This document shows, piece by piece, positions 55,641 to 64,000 of a DNA stretch of 64,000 bases (its first letter is position 1; every line of letters starts with the position of its first letter). The stretch lies in NCBI GenBank assembly GCA_964016885.1, contig OZ024740.1:258416001-258480000 (forward strand). Reading direction: 5' to 3'. Under the pieces are notes generated by a model, which had not been told where the DNA came from, made no database searches, and saw only the letters and a program-made list of their open reading frames with translations. A program made the position numbers and the translations under genes. This DNA is from Eledone cirrhosa (taxonomy: Eukaryota).

Positions 55641-56144
55641 GTTTCAGTCGCTGTCCATACGAAGCGAAATTCATTCTGAGAAAATGGTATAGATCAGACT
55701 AAGTAATTTTAATATAAAGGAATATTATATATATGTATAATAAAATTACCAACACAGAGATACAAAAACAATTAGTGTTATTAGGTTCGCGCTTTCGATG
55801 AAAGAGAGAAAGGCGTTCAACGTATCGTACGTTAGTCCTTCTTCATAAATATAAAACATATATATGTGCATAACGGTATGTAGATGGGTATGATTATTGT
55901 ACTGTTGAACATGTCCATCGGGCCAGTGTAATTTACAAATATTTTCTTTGATTTTCTTACTACAGAAATAAAGCAAATTTATTTCAAATGGAGAGTGAAT
56001 ATTTATATTTATTTCTTTCAAAATGATAGTTTGGTTGCAATAACATTTATAGAAATACACACTTTTGTATATATTTATATATATATATATACATATATAT
56101 GTCCCTATATATGTATGTATATGTATTTATTTATAGATGTATGC

Positions 56145-56232
<88 letters not shown>

Positions 56233-56245
56233 CTGTGTGTGTATG

Positions 56246-56282
<37 letters not shown>

Positions 56283-56536
56283 ACACGCACATATATGTAT
56301 ATATATATATTAATATTGCATGGTCTTAGCGCCTTTGCGCGAGTTTGATAATGTGTTTATACTAGGATGAGCATGAGTGTATAACATTAAGTACTTAAAC
56401 TATTGAAGTGAGTGTATATAAATATAGTGTGTTTCAGTGCAAGTAGTAAAATAGAAAAATGTTTATAGAAATAATTAGTTGTTTTTTATTAATGTAACGT
56501 ATATATGTTTTTTGCTTTTCATTGGTGTGGTATATG

Positions 56537-56573
<37 letters not shown>

Positions 56574-56746
56574 CAATGTATTTGTACGTTGGGTATATAA
56601 TTTTTTTGTATGTATTTCAAATGTTCTTGCAGAAAGCTAATGGTTCTGTTCAATTACTCTTACTTCCGGTCATCGCCAGCAGTAAATACACAGATTCGTA
56701 TTCACACACACAAATACACACATACACACGAACACACACACATATA

Positions 56747-56863
<117 letters not shown>

Positions 56864-57024
56864 AATATATATATATGTGTGTGTGTGTATATATATATGC
56901 ATATATATGTGTGTGTGTGTGTGTGTGTACATTTATAAATAGATGATATATATGTGAGTGGTGTATATGTATACATGTTTATAAATGCATGTATATAAAT
57001 GTATATATATATATATATAATATG

Positions 57025-57160
<136 letters not shown>

Positions 57161-57385
57161 CAGCCTCAGGTGTTTCAAGTATATATTTCTTCAATACCCG
57201 GTGTATATTTGATACCATTCCTAACCCCCACCGCACTGGCATCCATCATGTAACCGGGTGCACAGCTATAAAGATTATATTAGCTGTAACCTAACTAAAG
57301 TTATATATTCTCATTCCTATTTAATTCTTCTGTATGTATGTTGTTTATTCATTTCTGTGTATATCTCTCTATCTCTCTACCTACA

Positions 57386-57448
<63 letters not shown>

Positions 57449-57488
57449 ATATCTCTCTACCTACCTATCTATCTATCTATCTATCTAC

Positions 57489-57530
<42 letters not shown>

Positions 57531-57853
57531 GTTTATCTGACGATCTAGCTCGACCTATCTACTCATCTCTGTCTTGCTCTGTCCATCTATTAGTCTATTC
57601 ATTTGTATATCTATCTATTTTTGATTTTTGGTCTTCCTCTTTCACTCTCTCACCATCTTTCCCTATATATATATATATGTGTGTGTGTGTCTGTGTGTGT
57701 GTATATTTATGTATGTATATACAGTGAAGCCGCGGAGCTTAGTGGATAATGAGGTATATTTACAATTGTGACGTTGCGAGTTCGTTTCGCGTGGCGGGTT
57801 ATGCGTTGTGTGCAAACCCTTGGTTATTCGTGACAAAATCATTCCTCATTCTT

Positions 57854-57929
<76 letters not shown>

Positions 57930-58020
57930 AGTGTGTTTCTGTGTAGAAGGTAAACCAAAATAACAACACAATCGGTACAGAAGGATTATATTAGGTTAAA
58001 GCTTGAAATAGCTGGAAGAG

Positions 58021-58060
58021 GGTCTTAACGTTTCGTACACTGGTCCTTCATCAGAATAAA
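58021..58060 (-). ncRNA. Minimal hammerhead motif in a short pLTR remnant (57950-58080)
   Basis: CTGATGA A GGAC CAGT GTAC GAAAC GTT AAGACC. Confidence 0.55.
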
Positions 58061-58109
58061 GAATGAGAAATAAGATAGATAGAGGGCGGGTTGTAACTAT
58101 ATATATATA

Positions 58110-58178
<69 letters not shown>

Positions 58179-59914
58179 TTATTTATTTAATTAGAAAGTA
58201 AACAACACAATATAACTACTCCATTACTAAAGGTTTCAGGACCCTAGACAATATTAACATACGCCTAGTTCGCTCATCATATGAAAAGTTATAGGCTTTT
58301 TCGGAAATACTATATATATATATATATTTATAGAGGGTGGGGGTAATAATAAATATTACCCAGTTACAAATATGAAAACAGCTCGATGTAAAATAACAAG
58401 TATACTACCGAGTCGAAATACAATGAAAATGACCATCAAAGGGTGTTTAAAATATTTAATCAATTACGGTCGTTTCATCCTAGCACCACGGTTTCATCGG
58501 AGTCGATAACAAAAATCAAAATATAATATCAAAACTATCAAAACTTAGTCTCAAGAACATCAGGAGGATACATAATATGGGAGACTAGATACGCATAAGC
58601 ATCAGCATTTACATAAGATAACAGAGGCGGAAAAAACATATGATGAATAGGACTAGATGCAATAAAAATTAGGAGAAGATAAAAGCAATATAAATTTTAA
58701 AAAACATGCTGTTATAGATAAATTAAGTACAATGAAAAACATATATCTTATGTAGTTAATAAAATTAATAAAATTAATAAGAGAAGGCATGCAATCCAAT
58801 TATAAATTTAAAAATACAACTTCAAAAAAATATCTTTAAAAATATATTTAAAAGTATGTTTTAAAATGTTTAACTGCCCCTGTAGCATCACTAGGGATTA
58901 TAGATAGGTGCAAGACTAAATTCGACTACATAATTCAATAATAATTATTATTATTTTTCAAAACGTCAAAAGGAGCTAATGTAATGTTCAGTAAATAAAT
59001 ACAGCACCACGGTTATTCATGTAAGACATTATATATATTAGAGAGTTACTATATATTTATTAAGGAAAGGTAGAAAAATTTACTATGTAACGATATAAAG
59101 ATGTATGGATATCGAATTAAAAAAATAATACTTTTAGGGCTAATGATTGCAGAACTAAACAACATTAAAAGAATAATAAATTTACAAAATACAGAGAAAA
59201 ATAATCTATGTATACTAAAAATACTATGCATTATTAATAAAACTAATTATATATATTTAAAATCTTAAGCAATATTAATGGATAAAGAGTTATACCAGTT
59301 AATTATACTAGTATTGAATAGTTAATATTGAATAAAAATAAAAATAGAGGATGAGGCAATGTTTGTTATATATATTAATAGCAAAAATAAATATAAGTGA
59401 GGCTTGTGTGGAAATAGTGTATTATTTATTTGCCTGACTGTGAAGAAATGGTTATAATAAATTGTAATGGCAATACAAGAGATCAGAGAGGCGATTTGTG
59501 AGGAATGATAGACACTATATAGTAGCTAAACATATCATCAACTTATAAGTTTAAAAGTGCTATTAAATAATTATTATATAGTGATACTAATGGTGCTGAA
59601 AAAAATAAGGTATTAATCTACATTGATATCAATTAGTTAATAGGTCTAAAATAGTGAAAAGAATGGAGATTAATATGAGGACAAGTGGAAAAATCGGATT
59701 TCCTATTTAATAAATTAAGTTTAGAGTAAATAATGATATGAACCTCAAGAAGGCAAAGGTTAAACATTTTATTGGGAGGTTTTAAGATGAAGTTTTGGCA
59801 ATTACCTTCCAGCTGAGGGTGTAAGGTGTATTATTATTCTTCAAAAAAAGATATAAAAGCTAGGATGAAACGATCGTAAGTGATTAAATATTTTATACAC
59901 TATTTGATTTGTTG

Positions 59915-59990
59915 TTACGGGGTCGATAAAATAATGTACCAGTAATGCACTGGTTAATTGCTGGCCTTGTGCCAAAAGTAGAAATAATTA
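59915..59990 (+). mobile_element. SINE 3' fragment (4297 family)
   Basis: ttacggggtcgataaaataatgtaccagtaatgcactgg..gtagaaa. Confidence 0.7.
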
Positions 59991-60000
59991 TATATATATA

Positions 60001-61295
60001 AACGGACAAAATGAAACGAAATTTCATTTCTCACTCTTAGTACGGCTGTTACTTAAATATAAGTATGTATACGTACATACATATGTATAAAGACGTACGG
60101 TAGTATGTATGTATATATACATACATGCACACATATATATATATGTACGTATGGATTCACCGAACATTTATTATAATGTTCGGTGTGTTTGTAAACAAAC
60201 ATCCCGAATTAAGCCGTACAGTGTCTAGCAACCATCGTTGCTCATTTGTTCAACACTGACAAAGGAACGCTGTACTAGTTTCCAGCTTATTAGCTATCGT
60301 CAGCAACGTATACCTTCCTGCCAGATGATTTAACGTCTGAAAGTATATACTTTCCTTATGCATATTAACGGCTGAGCAGTCTAATTTGCATATCGAGTGA
60401 GTTAATCGGCCGGGCGCACCGAAAACGATAAACGGAAAAAATGAAACGAAATTTCATTTCTCACTCTTAGTACGGCTGTTACTTAAATATAAGTATGTAT
60501 ACGTACATACATATATGTATACATACGTACAGTAGTATGTATATATATATACATACATGCACACGTATATATATGTGCGTATGGATTCACCGAACATTTA
60601 TTATAAATAAATGACGATAGCTGACAATAGCTAATAAGCTTGAAACTAGTACAACCTCCTTTGTCAGTGTTGAACAAATGAGCAACGATGGTGCTAGACA
60701 CTGTACGGCTTAATTCGGGCTGTTTGTTTACAAACACACCGAGCATTATAATAAATGTTCGGTGAATCCATACGTATATATATATGTGTGCATGTATGTA
60801 TATATATATATACATACTACTGTACGTCTGTATACATATATGTATGTACGTTTACATACTTATATTTAAGTAACAGCCGTACTACTGTGTGAGAAATGAA
60901 ATTTCGTTTCATTTTTTCCGTTTATCTTTTTCGGTGCACCCGGCCGTTTAACTCACTCGATATGCAAATTAGGCTGCTCAGCCGTTAATATGCATAAGGA
61001 AAGTACATACTTTCAGACGTTCAATCATCTGGCAGGAATGTATACGTTGCTGACGATAGCTAATAAGCTTGAAACTAGTACAGCGTTCCTTTGTCAGTGT
61101 TGAACAAATGAGCAACGATGGTTGCTAGACACTGTACGGCTTAATTCGGGATGTTTGTTTACAAACACACCGAGCATTATAATAAATGTTCGGTGAATCC
61201 ATACGTACATATATATATATGTGTGCATGTATGTATATATATATATACATACTACTGTAAATCTGTATACATATATGTATGTACTTATACATACT
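60001..61295. repeat. Fold-back array of a ~430-bp Helentron-like unit (1.4 units on +, ~1.55 units on -)
   Basis: Unit 60001-60430 restarts at 60431; strand switch at ~60605-60613; internal inverted repeat GTACGGCT/AGCCGTAC, TA/CA microsatellite, hairpin AGCAAC-CATC-GTTGCT. Confidence 0.75.
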
Positions 61296-61308
61296 TATAT
61301 ATATACAT

Positions 61309-61351
<43 letters not shown>

Positions 61352-61487
61352 TCAGTATATATATGATTGCTCCCTAATGAAACAGTTCTAGTCCTGTAGA
61401 AGCCTTTCTATATTAAATATTTATACTCTGCTTTGTATTGAGTACTTTACTTACTGTGGTTACGCCCGATTGAACCCGGGATAAACT

Positions 61488-61642
<155 letters not shown>

Positions 61643-61764
61643 TGTGTATGTGTGTGTGTGTGTGTATTCCCTTATCTCTTTCTCATAAATACTGTTTCAA
61701 TGTTTATAAGAGGAATCACGATCTCTCACTCTGTCTCTATCATCTATCTATGTATCTCTCTCCC

Positions 61765-63205
61765 TGCGAAAGTTGGAGCTATTGCAGGGCATCCCTCTGG
61801 AACCGGGACTGCGAAAAGCGGCGTCGGCCTACGCCGACGACGTTATAATAATGGTGTCGAGCACCTCGCAAATAGAGGAAGTTGGCACCTTATTGAAGGA
61901 ATACGAAGTGTTCGCAGGAGCGAAGCTGAACCGGGACAAGTCCATCGGTTTGCAACTCGGATCGTGGAGAGGCACACCGATGCCTTCCGATGGTGTTGTC
62001 GGACGCTGGACTGAAGGACAGTTAAACTGCTCGGGGTCTGGTTTGATACGGACCTCCAGATCGAGAAGAAATGGAACGACGTGAGCCAAGGTGTTTGCAC
62101 TCACCCAGAAGCGGGTCGAGTGCAAACTATTCTTGAAAGGTCGAGCGGAGGTGGCGAACACTTTTATAGCGTCCGTCATCTACTACCGCTTGACCGTCGT
62201 GCTTTGTCCAGCCAAGGTGTGGGCCCCGTTCGTGAGGCGAGCCTTCCCACGACTCGTCTCGCTGACCGAGCTGCAGTCTTGAGTCAAGCAAAGACCGAGG
62301 AAAATGGGCGACTGGCACATGGAATGTGCTCAAGCGCTCACAGCCTTCTGGCAGGCGGACCCGGCGATCAGTGGAGACTCCACTTCGTCATTATATAGAG
62401 GGTTGATCCACAGCAAGTGCGACGACGCGCTCGGAGAAACTCTGGGCGTAGAGGAAGACGAACTGGCCAGTCTATCCGGTAGAACCTTCCGCCCGAGACC
62501 GATGGACAACTTCCAAAATTCCCTGGCCTGGCAGTGCTACCGAGGTGCAAGATCTACAGACACGGGCGCCCGGGCAGGGACCCTTCGAAAAAGATCTGTC
62601 CGAGATGCGTGCGAGGCAAAGAAAACGTCGCGCACGCATTCATACACTGCCCGGGCGTGTATGTAGAACGACTATTGTTGCGGGTTGGACCAATCCGGTT
62701 GACCACGGAGTCCATTGTCATGATCAAACCGCCACCCTCCTTCAAAAATGAAGGAGAGGCGGTTTTCCTTTGTGTGATAGCTATGGCGAAAGAGGTTGTA
62801 TGGTGGACAAGGTTAAAAGGGCTGAGGTCAGACACCTTTCTCTCGGGCCAACAACTGATTCTTTTTTTCAAATACCACTTTGGAAGAAGAATCAGGATGG
62901 AGAGAGAGGCGCTGTACACCAGCAAGTTTTATGAATGGTGGGTGAAAGTGGCGAGAATGGCCCGTAGGTTGAGGAAAAAGAGGAAGAGAGGAAAGGGGTA
63001 CAAACTCTTCGTACTCCTGGAGATGAGGGTTGCACATTTTTTCGGGGGTATGTGTTACTCATTTGAAATATCTCCCCCTTTTGGGGAAAATCGGTTAATT
63101 TTTAAACTGCATTTGTGATAGTGTTTTACACATTTTTATTGTATGAAAACTTCCCCCCTTTGTATTTGTCCCCTTCTTTTGTGCCCCTGTGGCTAATAAA
63201 GAAAC
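61765..63205 (+). mobile_element. L1/Tx1-clade LINE 3' fragment (same family as 39828-44225)
   Basis: ELLQGIPLEPGLRKAASAYADDV, CPRCVRGKENVAHAFIHCP zinc knuckle, AATAAA at ~63195, then (TC)n. Confidence 0.88.
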
Positions 63206-63270
63206 ATCTCTCTCTCTCACCACCATCTCTCTCTCTCTTAATTTCTCTTCCTCTCTCTCCCTATCTCAAC

Positions 63271-63342
<72 letters not shown>

Positions 63343-63348
63343 CCTCTC

Positions 63349-63439
<91 letters not shown>

Positions 63440-63479
63440 AACTCTCTCTCTCTCTCTCTTTGACAGACCGAGCCCAAGC

Positions 63480-63975
63480 TAGTTGATAAGTAGAAAGGAC
63501 AATGGGATTGATGAGTTAATATCTGTATACAACAACTACAACGGTACGCGATCGGGCCCACCCACAGCCCCGGCGGACAGAATGGAGAAGGCGTTTCCCC
63601 GGGGGACGGCAAGCGCTGGAAAAGTCGCCTCAACTCGCGGGGCTCACACCTGCGGCTGGCCAGCTCAGCGCCTATGGTGGTGAGTAAGGTGGTAGCCCTG
63701 GGGCTGAGGACACCAGAAGTCTCCACTGCCAGGGGTACGACCGCAAACCTGTCCGAGAGCGACCGGTACTTGAGGAGTTTGACCCCCTCAGCCTGACGTG
63801 CATCAGAACCTGGGTCAGTCGCAGGTGAGTCCACGGTGGAACCGCAGCGACATTGGTGTGGCTGGCAGATCCGGAGGCCGAGCCTCAGGGGAACGCCGAT
63901 TCGCAGGCTATGGTTGTCTAGCTGCGTGCCAGTGGAGAAGGAGGGCAGGGCATGGAGCCAGGCACCACTGTGAGG
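63480..63975 (-). mobile_element. CRE-clade non-LTR retrotransposon 3' fragment (restriction-like endonuclease region)
   Basis: SGAWLHALP shared with 14350; KLLKYRSLSDRFAVVPLAVETSGVL. Confidence 0.75.
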
Positions 63976-64000
63976 TTGATAAGTTAAGTTAACTTTTTCA

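Overview
This window is AT-rich, microsatellite-dense eukaryotic DNA. The tRNA-derived SINE family and the composition suggest a cephalopod such as Octopus (inference). I found no convincing host gene, and most listed ORFs are microsatellite artefacts. The window is a patchwork of transposable elements: (i) Penelope-like elements (PLEs) of two types, namely Naiad-type (DKT, YRDD, CxCx5Cx5C, GIY-YIG), including an uninterrupted 731-codon ORF at 20570-22765 inside an ~11 kb back-to-back cluster, and a YVDD type at 50.5-54.9 kb; (ii) R4/Dong-like and CRE-like restriction-like-endonuclease LINEs, RTE scraps and two L1/Tx1-clade copies; (iii) three decayed Tc1/mariner elements, a MITE, Helentron-like repeats and SINEs. 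Four things stand out. First, more than 15 hammerhead-ribozyme motifs lie in PLE pseudo-LTRs, several with long stem II insertions, and they include an ORF-less 521-bp tandem plus hairpin, retrozyme-like locus. Second, a fold-back pLTR architecture recurs, in which only the inverted arm carries an extra tail, with a shared ACTC..GAGT motif in the Naiad-type copies. Third, a 36-nt GT-AG micro-intron-like spacer would splice ORF1 and ORF2 of the Tx1 element into one in-frame protein. Fourth, a GC-rich Naiad copy shows a twin-priming-style inversion. All coordinates were read by eye and may be off by a few bases.
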